NCBI GenBank assembly: GCA_029715105.1
Contig: CP085695.1
Span: forward strand, 270,001 to 302,000
Length of the DNA stretch: 32,000 nt
Reading direction: 5' to 3'
From: Candidatus Saccharimonadota bacterium
Lineage (GTDB): Bacteria; Pseudomonadota; Alphaproteobacteria; Rickettsiales; Anaplasmataceae
Shown in pieces: positions 1 to 10,999 of this stretch. Each line of letters begins with the position of its first letter. The stretch's first letter is position 1. The notes below the pieces were generated by a model. The model did not search any database and had not been told where the DNA came from. It saw nothing but the letters and a program-made list of their open reading frames with translations. The translations under genes and the position numbers were made by a program.

Positions 1-61
1 CTTACTATATCCATGTTATATGAAATTTTAAATTATGTAAAATTTTAAATTTGAAAATCAG

Positions 62-89
62 TTGACGAAGATTCGTTTAATATCATAAT
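62..89 (+). promoter_or_regulatory. candidate sigma70-type promoter for tRNA-Thr (and possibly tpiA)
   Basis: TTGACG at 62-67, a 16-nt spacer, then CATAAT at 84-89. It lies about 40 nt upstream of the tRNA 5' end. Sequence match only. Confidence 0.35.
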
Positions 90-128
90 ACAATGAGAAA
101 TTGTATCATAACATAAACATGTAATGAT

Positions 129-201
<73 letters not shown>

Positions 202-222
202 CTTTTATGGGTGAAACCGAGG

Positions 223-924
223 ATGTCTTTTTTAATAGTAGCAAATTGGAAAATGAATGGAACGCGTTCCTTATTTGTTGATTTTATAAGTAAGCTTAAC
301 AGTAAGAGTGATGAGTTTTCATCTAAACTAGTAATTTGTCCGCCTTTTACATCATTTCCAGATAATTTAGAGTTAAGTAGCAATATTAGCATAGGAGCTC
401 AGAATTGTCATTATAAAAAATTTGGTTCTTATACTGGAGAAATTAGTGTAAAAATGTTAAAGGAATTAGGATGTACTTATGTAATATTGGGACACTCTGA
501 AAGAGTTAATGAAACTGATAACCAAATAAAGTTAAAATCGGAAATAGCAATAGAATACGGTTTATGTCCGATAATTTGTGTTGGTGATAATATAAGAGAT
601 TACGAGAACAATAAGATAATGATGATAATAGAACATCAGTGTAAAATTCGTTTACCAACGCATGGCGAATACATTATAGCATATGAGCCAGTATGGGCAA
701 TAGGTACTGGACGTATACCAAGTAGTGATACGATTGCAGAGGTAGTAGAAGTAATAGAATCTTGTGTTAGTAAAAAACGTTGTATTTATGGTGGTTCAGT
801 TAGTTCAAAAAATGTAGAAAATTTATTAAGTATATCAGGTATATCAGGTCTTTTAATAGGAAGTTTGAGCTTAAACTTTGATCAATTCTATAAAATAATT
901 CAGCAAGTCGAAAGGGTATATTAA
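223..924 (+). CDS. tpiA: triosephosphate isomerase
   Basis: Track ORF 175..924 trimmed to ATG 223 because 175-201 overlaps the tRNA; GTG 211 is an alternative start. Motifs ANWKMNG, GHSER and [11 protein letters not shown] are present. Confidence 0.92.
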   Translation: MSFLIVANWKMNGTRSLFVDFISKLNSKSDEFSSKLVICPPFTSFPDNLELSSNISIGAQNCHYKKFGSYTGEISVKMLKELGCTYVILGHSERVNETDNQIKLKSEIAIEYGLCPIICVGDNIRDYENNKIMMIIEHQCKIRLPTHGEYIIAYEPVWAIGTGRIPSSDTIAEVVEVIESCVSKKRCIYGGSVSSKNVENLLSISGISGLLIGSLSLNFDQFYKIIQQVERVY

Positions 925-1413
925 TTTTTATGTAATTTGTAGTTTACAAAAATAATTTTAGTGAAAAAGTATAATCCCCTTAAGAGAACGGAGTTTAGTG
1001 GAGGTTATGTTGAAATTTGTGCGATTATTTGATAAGTTTTCTTCTATGAATAGAGAATGCGCGTTAAGTTACCAATTTTATTGATTCTAATTGTACTTTT
1101 AAGATGTAAGAAATTGATTTTTATATCATTTTGTATGATTAAAATAGTTTATATGAACGGGGGAGGATTGTGAGAATAGAATCTTCATAGCTTGAAATAG
1201 TGTGTTAATTTTATTTTGTAACTATGAAGTTTTTGTTGATATTTTAATACGGGGTATTTTTAATATAACATTTTAATATAGGGTGTGGCTTATAAAATAT
1301 TGAGTTTTATGGAAAAATCTTCATTGGATTAAGTTATTACTTAAGTTTAAAGCTTAAAAGAGGGGGGAGATATTGTGGATACTCGTATAAAATTAGCATA
1401 TAAAGATGTAAAT

Positions 1414-2175
1414 TTAGATGTTGTTTCTTGTTTTTTTTTTTTCAATATACTTGCAAGCTAAAATAGATAATTCATATAAAATTAGCATTGGTATAGCGAG
1501 TCCTATTTGACTTAGTACATCAGGTGGAGTTAGGATTGCGGCAATGATAAAAATTGCTACTATCGCGATTCTACGTTTATCTGATAGGTTTTTTACGGCA
1601 AGTAGTTTGACCCTAACCATTAATATAAGTATAACTGGAATTTGAAATGCAATACCAAAAGCAAACATAAATTGAAGAACTAAATCTAGGTATTCACTGA
1701 CTGATGGCATAAATTCTATTGGTATGCCGAAGGATTTACCGCTATGCTCGAAAGCGATAAAAAATTTCCATGCTAAAGGAAATATATAGTAATAAACTAC
1801 CGCAGCTCCAGTTATGAATAAAATTGGTGTTATAATTAAGCATGGTAGCAACACTGTTTTTTCGCTTTTATATAAGCCAGGTGCTAAAAACATATAAAAT
1901 TGCCATGCGAATACAGGGAAAGAGAATAAAAGTGCGCTCATTAGTGCAACTCGAAGATATACAAAAAATGCTTCTGTTAAATCTGTGTATATCAAAGAAA
2001 AATCATTATTATTTTTCATAACTTCTATTAAGGGTGCAAGTAGAAAGCGATATATACTTTCTTTAAAGAAATAACAAAAACCAAAAGTAATACAAAAAAA
2101 TAAAAAGCTAAAAATAATTCTTCCCCTAAGTTCTGCAAAGTGTTCATAAAATGAAATGTGTTTATCTTTATTCAT
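1414..2175 (-). CDS. tatC: twin-arginine translocase subunit TatC
   Basis: 253-aa polytopic membrane ORF with an N-terminal HFAELRGRI (HxxELRxR) signature. It starts 13 bp downstream of gapA on the same strand. Its last 10 codons contain an in-frame A12 tract (T12 on the + strand, 1431-1442). Confidence 0.92.
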   Translation of the reverse strand: MNKDKHISFYEHFAELRGRIIFSFLFFCITFGFCYFFKESIYRFLLAPLIEVMKNNNDFSLIYTDLTEAFFVYLRVALMSALLFSFPVFAWQFYMFLAPGLYKSEKTVLLPCLIITPILFITGAAVVYYYIFPLAWKFFIAFEHSGKSFGIPIEFMPSVSEYLDLVLQFMFAFGIAFQIPVILILMVRVKLLAVKNLSDKRRIAIVAIFIIAAILTPPDVLSQIGLAIPMLILYELSILACKYIEKKKTRNNI

Positions 2176-2188
2176 ATTTATTTTGTTT

Positions 2189-3181
2189 TTATGTGTTATT
2201 ATAGCACAATAATACTATGTCCAACATTCTTAGAGAGAATGCCCATTCGTTGTCATACCATGCTGCGATTCTATAAATATCACCAGTCACATATGTACTT
2301 GCTAAATCTATAATTGCACTATAAGGGTTATGTATAAAGTCTACTGAAACTAAAGGTTCTTCGCATACGGAAAGTATGTCGTTTACTGAATTTTTAAATA
2401 TTTCATTTATTTTTTCAACTGTTGTTTTCTTTTCAGCTATAAATTTAAAGTCAATCATAGAAACATTGCTAGTGGGAACTCTGATGGCTATACCATCTAG
2501 TTTTCCTTTTAGTTTAGGAATAATAAAACCGATTGTTTTTGCTGCTCCGGTTGTTGTTGGTATAATGGATAATCCACAAGCTCTTGCTCTACGTAGATCT
2601 GTGTGATTGCTATCAAGAATGTTTTGATCATTTGTATACGAATGTATGGTAGTCATAAAGCCACTTTTTATTTTTAAGTTAGTGTGTAGAACTTGCACAA
2701 TAGGGGCTAAACAATTTGTAGTACAAGAGCCGGCTGATATTACTTTGTTTTCTTTTTTTAGCATATTATTATTCACACCATAGATTATTGTTACATCTGC
2801 ATCTAAAACTGGAGCAGAGACAATTATTTTTTTTGCATTGTGCATTATTGCTTCTGCATAACTGTTAAGTTTACCGGTGCATTCGAATACTACATCGACG
2901 TTCCAAGGAATATCTTCTGGTTTTTGTTTTTTGTATAAAAAAAATTTTTTACCGTTTATAGAGATCCAGTTTTGGTATTCGTCAAAATCAATATTACCAT
3001 TAAATTTTCCATGAGTAGAATCATATTTAATTAAGTGTGCGTGTTGTCTAGCATTTAGCGATCCGTTTACTGATATAATTTCTATACGTTTATTGTATTT
3101 TTCTATTTCAAAAATAGCACGTAGTAAACTTCTACCTATTCTACCAAGACCATTAATTCCTATACGAATTTTATCACTCAT
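2189..3181 (-). CDS. gapA: glyceraldehyde-3-phosphate dehydrogenase
   Basis: 330 aa with an INGLGRIGR Rossmann N-terminus, the catalytic SCTTNCLAP motif and a WYDNEW motif near the C-terminus. Confidence 0.95.
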   Translation of the reverse strand: MSDKIRIGINGLGRIGRSLLRAIFEIEKYNKRIEIISVNGSLNARQHAHLIKYDSTHGKFNGNIDFDEYQNWISINGKKFFLYKKQKPEDIPWNVDVVFECTGKLNSYAEAIMHNAKKIIVSAPVLDADVTIIYGVNNNMLKKENKVISAGSCTTNCLAPIVQVLHTNLKIKSGFMTTIHSYTNDQNILDSNHTDLRRARACGLSIIPTTTGAAKTIGFIIPKLKGKLDGIAIRVPTSNVSMIDFKFIAEKKTTVEKINEIFKNSVNDILSVCEEPLVSVDFIHNPYSAIIDLASTYVTGDIYRIAAWYDNEWAFSLRMLDIVLLCYNNT

Positions 3182-4019
3182 TTGAAAATTTTGTTACTTA
3201 AAAGTGATCTAATATTTAATATCTATTAATTTAATTATAAAGAATATAAAATAAGAATCAAAAGAGTTTTAATGGATTTATATTACAATAAAACTATAAT
3301 TTTATTTAACAGGTTGACCTTACATTATTTTATAATCTATTATTTTGTCAATAGGAGTGATAAAAGGTATAGGAAGGGATAAACGTTGGTTACAATCTTT
3401 TCCCCTTAGGAAAAGAGCAATTTGTTTTATAAACAACCTTTTATTGTAATTTTATTTATTATAAGTATATTATAAGTAATATATGTGTGGTGTGATTCAT
3501 TTTAATGATGAATCTATTCATATCAAAATACATACAATAACGATAATACGTGTATTGTTATAGTGGTGATTTTGATTTTGTTTTATTATATAAATTGGTG
3601 TATATATGTGGAAGTTATTGAAAATGGGACTATTTTATAGTACTTATTATATTAAAATAACGATGCATAACAATGCAGTAAATTGATAAGTTAGCTTATG
3701 TTAAATGTTGTTGCGTTTTGGTCCATTTTATGGAAATAGATATTAAATGTAGTGTTTTAGCATATAAAATTGTCCCCCATTTAAACTATAGATTTTAATG
3801 AAGTTAAAGTTTAATGGGTTAGAGTTTTGACAATTTTTAATATGAGATAGTGAAATAGAAGTTAGTTAGTTAATATATGAGAACTTTTGTGTATGATTAG
3901 GTGTATGATTAAGACTACATTAAGGTTAAGATATAAAATAAATGAAGGTAACTGAGTAAGTGTTTCTGTTGTGAAATTTGAGAAGTACTGTGTTTTGTAT
4001 ATGAAATAGCCTTTTATCA

Positions 4020-6359
4020 ATGAAGTTTACGTTGTCTTGGTTACTAGAATACTTGGAAACCAATGCTAGTTTAGAAGAAATTATTGATAAGCTAACTCAT
4101 ATAGGGTTGGAAGTGGAAAATGTAGTTGATAATACTAAACTAGGTGGATTCCTTGTAGTAAGGATATTGGATATCATGTCTCACCCTGGTTCTGATAGAT
4201 TAAAACTATGTCAAGTAGATAATGGGAGTAGACTTCTACAAGTAGTCTGTAGTGCAAGTAATATTAAAAGAAATATGAAAACTGTGCTTGCACCTATCGG
4301 TAGTAGATTTCCAGAAAGTAACTTTTTGATTGAATCAAAAAGTATACAAGGAATATTAAGTGAGGGAATGTTTTGTTCTACTTCTGAAACAGCATTCTTA
4401 CAAGAAGAAAGTGAAGAAATAATTGAGCTCTTTGATGATTATCAAGTGGGAGACAGATTTTTTAGTCATGATTATGTAATTGATATAAATATCACTCCAA
4501 ATCGTGGAGACTGTTTAAGTGTTTGGGGAATAGCACGTGACTTATCAGCGACAGGAATTGGAAGATTAAAAGTTTTAAATATTCCAAAGCTTGTACATAG
4601 TGTAAATTCGCCAATTAATGTCAAAGTTCTTGATAAAGAAAGTTTTATTAGTGGAATATATATCACTAATTTAAAAAATACAAAAAGTCCGAAATGGTTA
4701 AAGGATAGACTTCAGTTGATAGGATTACAATGCATTTCTACAATAGTTGATATTATTAATTATATTATGATATCTTTTGGGCGTCCATTACATATATATG
4801 ATGCAAAAAAAATAGAAGGAGAGCTTATAGTACGTAAAGCAAATAGTGGAGAAAAATTTATTGATTTAAATAATAAAGAGCACTTACTAAACAATGATAT
4901 AAATGTTGTTTCTGATAAGAGAAATATCCATGCAATTGCTGGAATCATAGGAGGAAAATTTAGTGAATGTACTGCTGAAACTACTGATATTTTTTTAGAA
5001 TCTGCTTGGTTTAATTCTATTTCTATTACTAAATCTTCAAAGCAACTTGGTATTTCTACAAATTCAAGTCGTAGATTTTCACGTTCAGTTGATCCTGGAT
5101 TTATTATTGATGGGCTTAATCTTGCAACTTGTATGATTTTAGAATTATGTGGTGGAGAAGTATCAAGTATAATTTCTTCTGGAAGTTTAGATACAGTTAA
5201 CAATGTTAAAGTAAATTTTAATTATAAAGATATAAATAGATTTGGTAGTATATCTATATCACCTGATGAATCATTTAATATTTTATCAAAACTTGGGTTT
5301 AAGATTGATAGGAAAATTGAAAATAATTGGAGTGTACAAGTACCAAGCTGGAGGCCAGATATAGCAATACCGGCAGATTTAATTGAAGAAGTAGTAAGGA
5401 TATATGGTTTTGATAAAATAAAGGAGGAGCCATTAATAGGTAATATTGAAATAGAAACAAGTTTATACGATGATTTACGTATTTTAATGACAAGTAGAGG
5501 ATTTCACGAGGTATTTACTTGGTCTTTTACAAGTGAATTCATAGCTGAAAAATTTGGTTATTCGGATAAGTTATTTATCATTGATAATCCATTTAAAAAA
5601 AATTTAAATATAATGAGACCAAGTGTCATACCAAGTTTATTGCAGATTGCTACAAATAATATTTCACATGGAATATCTGATCTTGCAATTTTTGAAATTG
5701 GGCCAGTGTATAATAGTATTGATCATCCTAAATATATTTTGAGTGGAATTAGATCAGGAAATAATTTACCAAGAAATCATTATAATTCTAATAGAATATC
5801 AGATATTTTTGATGTAAAGGCTGATATTCTAATAGCTTTAGAATTTCTTAATATTGATTGTGATATTTTAACAATAGAGAGAGCAAAAAAAAAATATTAT
5901 CATCCAGGAAAATCAGGTACCCTTTCTTTTAAAAACAAAATAACAATTGGTCATTTTGGTGAGTTAGATTCAAGTATATTAGATATTTTTGATATCAAGC
6001 AAAAAGTTGTAAGTTTTGAGATAATATTAGAAAATATCATAGACTTACCAATAAATAGAAAAAAATTTATTAATTATAAATATCGAGGTGTAAAGCGGGA
6101 TTTTGCCTTTATTGTAAACAAGAATATAGCAGCGGGCAATATTATTAATACGATAAAAGAAAGTTCAGATCTCATTACTGAAGTTTTAGTATTTGATATA
6201 TATCATGGAGATGATTTAGGATCTGATAAAATTTCTATAGCATTATCAGTTATTTTTCGCTCTCCAACTCATACTTTAACTGAAGAAGAAATTCGTAGAG
6301 AATCAAATGCTATTATTAATTTAATGCATAAGAGTGTAGGAGGAATTTTAAGATATTAG
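4020..6359 (+). CDS. pheT: phenylalanine--tRNA ligase beta subunit
   Basis: 779 aa with N-terminus [12 protein letters not shown]. Its length and layout are consistent with the tRNA-binding, B3/4, B5 and C-terminal anticodon-binding domains of PheT. pheS is not adjacent. Confidence 0.94.
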   Translation: MKFTLSWLLEYLETNASLEEIIDKLTHIGLEVENVVDNTKLGGFLVVRILDIMSHPGSDRLKLCQVDNGSRLLQVVCSASNIKRNMKTVLAPIGSRFPESNFLIESKSIQGILSEGMFCSTSETAFLQEESEEIIELFDDYQVGDRFFSHDYVIDINITPNRGDCLSVWGIARDLSATGIGRLKVLNIPKLVHSVNSPINVKVLDKESFISGIYITNLKNTKSPKWLKDRLQLIGLQCISTIVDIINYIMISFGRPLHIYDAKKIEGELIVRKANSGEKFIDLNNKEHLLNNDINVVSDKRNIHAIAGIIGGKFSECTAETTDIFLESAWFNSISITKSSKQLGISTNSSRRFSRSVDPGFIIDGLNLATCMILELCGGEVSSIISSGSLDTVNNVKVNFNYKDINRFGSISISPDESFNILSKLGFKIDRKIENNWSVQVPSWRPDIAIPADLIEEVVRIYGFDKIKEEPLIGNIEIETSLYDDLRILMTSRGFHEVFTWSFTSEFIAEKFGYSDKLFIIDNPFKKNLNIMRPSVIPSLLQIATNNISHGISDLAIFEIGPVYNSIDHPKYILSGIRSGNNLPRNHYNSNRISDIFDVKADILIALEFLNIDCDILTIERAKKKYYHPGKSGTLSFKNKITIGHFGELDSSILDIFDIKQKVVSFEIILENIIDLPINRKKFINYKYRGVKRDFAFIVNKNIAAGNIINTIKESSDLITEVLVFDIYHGDDLGSDKISIALSVIFRSPTHTLTEEEIRRESNAIINLMHKSVGGILRY

Positions 6360-7034
6360 GTTTTGATTAATAAGTTTTGTTATCAAAATTTGATACAGTG
6401 ATTTTACAGGAATTTTATTAGAAGTTTTAAACATTAACATAAAGAATAACATATTCTAAATATAGAATTTGTTTTGATAGAGATTTCTGTAGATTTTTTA
6501 AATCTATGATACTGTAATAAATTAGATTTTTGTTGAATTGATTGAGAATTTAAATGGTAAAAAGGTATAGAATGTTTGATTGGTTTTTATAGGTTTAGTA
6601 AAAATTTAGCATTTTATCAAATTTGATAAAGAGAAATTTAATAGCTTATAAAAGCTTTTTATTTTTAACAGTAAATATTTTTATTCCCTTTATATAGGGG
6701 TGAATATATTGTCGTTGTTTATTAAACATTATTAAATATGAGGTTGTTATATAGTTAAAATTAATTATCGGTATTTATGTGTTTATTTGGTGAGATTTAC
6801 AAAAGCAAAATTTGTATGTGATAGATGTAAATTATCTTGTAATTACAGACTATTTGTCTATTTAAGATTTCTTCTTTATAAGAATATACATTCTATAGAA
6901 GATATATTTTTATACTACATCTATTTTTATTCATTTAAAAATTTAAAATGAGAATATAGTTTCTATTTTATTTTAGTTAGTTGATGAAATAAAAATTTTT
7001 AGTTAGATTATTTAGTGCTGAAGTTTTTTGTATT

Positions 7035-7418
7035 TCAAATTTTTTTGTAAATTACGACAAATGCAGTAGCATAATCTCTATCATCACTTAACGAAAGGTG
7101 AATTATTATGTGATTTTCAAGAATGTAATTTTTATTGTTAATGGTTAAATATGGTTTTCCCTTTATATCATTATATATTTCTATATCTTTCATTGTAATA
7201 CCTAAGCTGAATCCAATACCAAGCGCCTTAACGAAGGCTTCCTTTGCTGCAAAGCGTTTGGCAAAATATTTTGCCCTTATTTCCTGGCTATTATATTTTT
7301 TACTTATCTTTATTTCGTAATCGGTATAGACTTTATTGAGGAATTTCTTTCTGTATTTTTGCAGCATTCTCGATATCTTTGGTATGTACACTATGTCAAC
7401 TCCTATACCGAGTATCAT
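7035..7418 (-). CDS. acpS: holo-[acyl-carrier-protein] synthase
   Basis: 127 aa with ILGIGVDIV and FAAKEAFVKALG motifs. The start codon overlaps the proS stop as ATGA (4 nt). Confidence 0.9.
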   Translation of the reverse strand: MILGIGVDIVYIPKISRMLQKYRKKFLNKVYTDYEIKISKKYNSQEIRAKYFAKRFAAKEAFVKALGIGFSLGITMKDIEIYNDIKGKPYLTINNKNYILENHIIIHLSLSDDRDYATAFVVIYKKI

Positions 7419-8692
7419 TTTGTGTTGAAACGGTTTATTACTTCTTCAATCTGCATTTCTTTAATTTCTCCGTTTATTCTATTTTTTACTTCGACTATAT
7501 TTTTATTTGCTGTTTTTTTTCCGACAATTATTTGCCATGGCAAACCTATTAAATCCATTCTAGAAAATTTTACTCCTACACTTACTTCAGTATCATCGTA
7601 AAGTACTTTATCGCTTTTTAGAGCTCTATATATTTTTTCTGCAATTCTTATACATTCACTTGTTTTTGTTTGTAAGTTAATTAAACCAATCTTAAAGGGA
7701 GCTATTGCTTCTGGCCAAATGATGCCTTTTTCATCGTGAAAAGTTTCTATTATTGCACCAATAATTCTTGAAATTCCAATACCTGACGAACCCATATGTA
7801 TATTAATATTTTTTTTATTATGAGATGTAACCTTTACATTCATTGGACCTGAATATTTATCACTAAAATAAAAAATTTGTCCTATTTCAATGCCTTTACT
7901 GATATTTAATTGTTCTTGTATTATAGGACATGTATCAGGGTGATACATATCACTTGTAACTGCATATATATTTCTTAGATTTTCGATATCATCATTTTTT
8001 AGTAATTCGAAGAATTTATTATCGTAGTATAAAGTACTTTCACCAGTGCTTGTTAAAATATGAAATTCATGACTTAGACTTCCTCCCATTAATCCTGTAT
8101 CCGCCCTTACTCCAATTGGAGTAAGTCCTATACGTCTAAAAATTTTTAGGTAAGTTTTATACATTGAATTATATGAATTTATAGCGCTTTGATAATCTAT
8201 ATCAAAGTTATAGGCGTCTTTCATTAAAAATTCTCTACTTCTTATAACGCCGTAACGAGGTCTAATTTCGTCTCTAAATTTCCATTGAATCTGATATAAA
8301 CAAAGTGGTAAATCTTTGTAGCTTTTTATAGTATTTCTAATTAAGTCAGTTACCATCTCTTCGTGCGTTGGACTAAAAAGCATATCGCTTTTATATCTGT
8401 CTTTAATGCGGAGCATTTCTTTACCATAATTATTGTAACGTCCTGATTCTTGCCAAAGACTTGCTGGTTGCAAACAAGGCATCAGTATTTCAATTGCACC
8501 AGCCTTATTCATTTCATCTCTTACAATGTTTTCTATATTTCTAAGTACGCGCAGACCGAGTGATAACCAAGAATAAATACCAGATGCTGTTTGCTTGATT
8601 AAGCCAGCGCGCAGCATATATTGATGAGATATGATTTCAGCACTTGCTGGTATTTCTTTTAAAGTTGGTAAATAGTATTCAGACAGATACAT
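7415..8692 (-). CDS. proS: proline--tRNA ligase (short form without the INS editing domain)
   Basis: 425-aa class II aaRS with N-terminus MYLSEYYLPTLKE and a motif-2-like FRDEIRPRYGVIRSREFLMKDAY. Confidence 0.94.
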   Translation of the reverse strand: MYLSEYYLPTLKEIPASAEIISHQYMLRAGLIKQTASGIYSWLSLGLRVLRNIENIVRDEMNKAGAIEILMPCLQPASLWQESGRYNNYGKEMLRIKDRYKSDMLFSPTHEEMVTDLIRNTIKSYKDLPLCLYQIQWKFRDEIRPRYGVIRSREFLMKDAYNFDIDYQSAINSYNSMYKTYLKIFRRIGLTPIGVRADTGLMGGSLSHEFHILTSTGESTLYYDNKFFELLKNDDIENLRNIYAVTSDMYHPDTCPIIQEQLNISKGIEIGQIFYFSDKYSGPMNVKVTSHNKKNINIHMGSSGIGISRIIGAIIETFHDEKGIIWPEAIAPFKIGLINLQTKTSECIRIAEKIYRALKSDKVLYDDTEVSVGVKFSRMDLIGLPWQIIVGKKTANKNIVEVKNRINGEIKEMQIEEVINRFNTK

Positions 8693-8799
8693 TTATGAAC
8701 TTAATTTTATTAAATAATTTAGTATAATTAAATTTTTTTATAAGCAAATTTTTTTCGAAAGTAAGAAGAAAGGAATGTCATTGTCCATAAGAATTTTCA

Positions 8800-10380
8800 T
8801 TAGCAAAGCACATATCTAAATATTTCATTTGCTATAGTAATATCTTGGCGTGGAACTTTACCATATTCTATAAACACGGAGATCGCATAGCGAGGATTAT
8901 AATATGGACCATAAGCTATAAACAATTTATGACTTTCACCTTTAGAATTTATTTCTGGAGTACCGGTTTTACCAGCAATTTGTATAAATTTCTTTTTTTC
9001 ATAGAAATTTCTTGAATTTATTTTAGCTTTATGATTCATGACGTGAAATATAGCCTTTCGAATTATATTAAGATGTTTTTGACTTATATCAATATCGGAA
9101 AAATTTTGTGTAATTTTATCCATCTCAACAACATGAGGAATTACTTTTTTTCCTGTTGCGATTCTTGTTGCAAGAACAGCAAGCTGTAAAGGCGTTGTAA
9201 GTAAGTATCCTTGTCCTATAACTAAATTAATGGTATCACCTAAATACCACTGTGAGTATAATTTTTGCGCACGCCATTCTTTATCTGGTAATAATCCTGA
9301 AGCTTCTTCTCTAAATGTTCCAACCAGTGGTCCATTACCGATACCGAATTTTTTAGCTATTTCTATTAGAGAATCTATATTTATTTTCTTTCCTATGTTG
9401 TAAAAATAAGTATTACACGAAAGGGCCATTGCTTCGTTTAAGGATACATATCCGTGCGCCTTACTTTTTAGACAACGAAATTTTCGATCTCCTATTATCA
9501 TGTGCCCTTCACAGAAAAATTTTTCTTCCGGTATAAATATACCATCTCTTAAGGCTGCAAGTGCAACTATTACTTTAAATATTGAGCCTGGAGGAATCTG
9601 ATAAGATAATGCCCTATTCACAAGTGGTAATGAAGAAGTGTTTAGACTTTTCCAAGTTTTATTAGATAATTTATTAGTAAAGAGATTATTATCATATGAA
9701 GGAGAATTGTATAATGTTAAAATTTCTCCATTGTTTACATCCATAACTACTATGGAGCCTTTATGATCTTGAAATATTTCTGCAGTTTTTTTTTGTAAAT
9801 TGATATCAATCGTTAGTTGAATGTCTTGTCCATCTTGTTGCGGTATATTTAATAATTCTCTTATAGGGTGTCTTTTGGAATTTATTTCTTGTTTAGATTT
9901 TCCTGGTTTACCTTTTAATATGTAATCATAAGTATACTCGATGCCACTTATCCCTACTTCTATCGTTTTTTGATGTTTTTTTGTATATCCAAGTATGTGA
10001 GAACATATTGGACCAAATGGATAGTAACGTTTGTAAAGAGAATTTATTTCTGATCTTGAGGATTTTATCAAATTAGATTTAATCGTCGTTAATACTTGTA
10101 GGTTATTTTTTTCATTAAAAACTTTTTGTTTCTCAAACAAAATTTGATTTGTCGCAAGTTCAATACCATTTCTATCTAAAATTCTTCCTCGTTTAGGTAA
10201 AATACAAGCAATTTGTATTCTATTGTTATTGGATAACATTTCGTATTTTTGTCTATTTTTTATTTGTAAATTGTATAATCTATAACTAAAAATTGCAGAG
10301 ATGATAATTTGAATACTGCCCAATATAAATGTTCTTCGGTTAAAAACTTTATTTTTTATTAATGTAAACATATAATACAT
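8800..10380 (-). CDS. mrdA: penicillin-binding protein 2 (elongation-type D,D-transpeptidase)
   Basis: 526 aa. The N-terminal region LYNLQI...NNRIQI..PKRGRILDRNG is collinear with E. coli PBP2. Transpeptidase motifs SIFK (SxxK), SCN (SxN) and KTGT are intact. The exact start is uncertain (M1 or M4). Confidence 0.85.
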   Translation of the reverse strand: MYYMFTLIKNKVFNRRTFILGSIQIIISAIFSYRLYNLQIKNRQKYEMLSNNNRIQIACILPKRGRILDRNGIELATNQILFEKQKVFNEKNNLQVLTTIKSNLIKSSRSEINSLYKRYYPFGPICSHILGYTKKHQKTIEVGISGIEYTYDYILKGKPGKSKQEINSKRHPIRELLNIPQQDGQDIQLTIDINLQKKTAEIFQDHKGSIVVMDVNNGEILTLYNSPSYDNNLFTNKLSNKTWKSLNTSSLPLVNRALSYQIPPGSIFKVIVALAALRDGIFIPEEKFFCEGHMIIGDRKFRCLKSKAHGYVSLNEAMALSCNTYFYNIGKKINIDSLIEIAKKFGIGNGPLVGTFREEASGLLPDKEWRAQKLYSQWYLGDTINLVIGQGYLLTTPLQLAVLATRIATGKKVIPHVVEMDKITQNFSDIDISQKHLNIIRKAIFHVMNHKAKINSRNFYEKKKFIQIAGKTGTPEINSKGESHKLFIAYGPYYNPRYAISVFIEYGKVPRQDITIANEIFRYVLC

Positions 10381-10999
10381 AACGATGATCTCAGATAATA
10401 ATTTTTGATTTTGCGACTAGATATGAGGATATTCTCATACAATGAAACATAGACTGTAAAGGTTAGTATATATATAAATAAATTTAACTATACAATAGTA
10501 GTATAAACGTAAATTCATAATATTATAATTCACATTTAGTTGTGTGCATTATTTATTAAATTGAACGTGATAGAATAAGGTTTTTACTTTTTACACAATT
10601 TGTTTATAATTAAGTACTACAGAAAATTTTATTGATTTAGTGTTAATAAATTAAGTGAGAGGGTTTTTATAAAACTAATTTAAAAGTTAACAACCAAGTT
10701 TTGTATTGCTTTTTGATTTTATAAGACAAGGAGTACTTTTATATTTATTTTTAATTATTAATTACAGTAGGTAGTGCTATATTTTTTTTTGACTAAACAA
10801 AACGTCTCTCTAATTTAGTAATTTAGTTAATGATCTTTATTGACGAAAATCTAAGAAATTTAAAACAGCACATTGCTTAATATGCTGATATTTTACAATA
10901 TGTTGATAGGTAATAAAGAATTTTTTAAAAGCTAGAGTATTTTTTTTAAAAAGTTAGAGTATAATATATAGAATTTTTTATATAGTTAACTTTCACTTA

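Noticed and set aside
1001-1095. 25-codon ORF (MLKFVRLFDKFSSMNRECALSYQFY) preceded by GGAGG.
   Set aside because: The Shine-Dalgarno-to-ATG spacing is only 2 nt, the ORF is short, and it has no recognisable similarity.
1374-1382. DnaA-box-like TGTGGATAC (8/9 match to TGTGGATAA), considered together with the idea of a replication origin near dnaN.
   Set aside because: It is a single isolated box in the tpiA-tatC spacer. The 492-bp region upstream of dnaN (26547-27038) contains no DnaA-box cluster that I could find, so an origin call has no support.
3396-3416. Hairpin TCTTTTCC-CCTTA-GGAAAAGA in the gapA/pheT divergent spacer.
   Set aside because: The 8-bp stem has no T-run, and no gene reads into it. 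I cannot assign a function from sequence alone.
10921-10962. Imperfect 20/22-bp tandem duplication (TTTTTTAAAAGCTAGAGTAT / TTTTTTTAAAAAGTTAGAGTAT) with a TATAAT at 10960-10965 upstream of sucA.
   Set aside because: There are only two low-complexity copies. No acceptable -35 or TG extension accompanies the TATAAT, which is too weak to call as a promoter or regulatory repeat.
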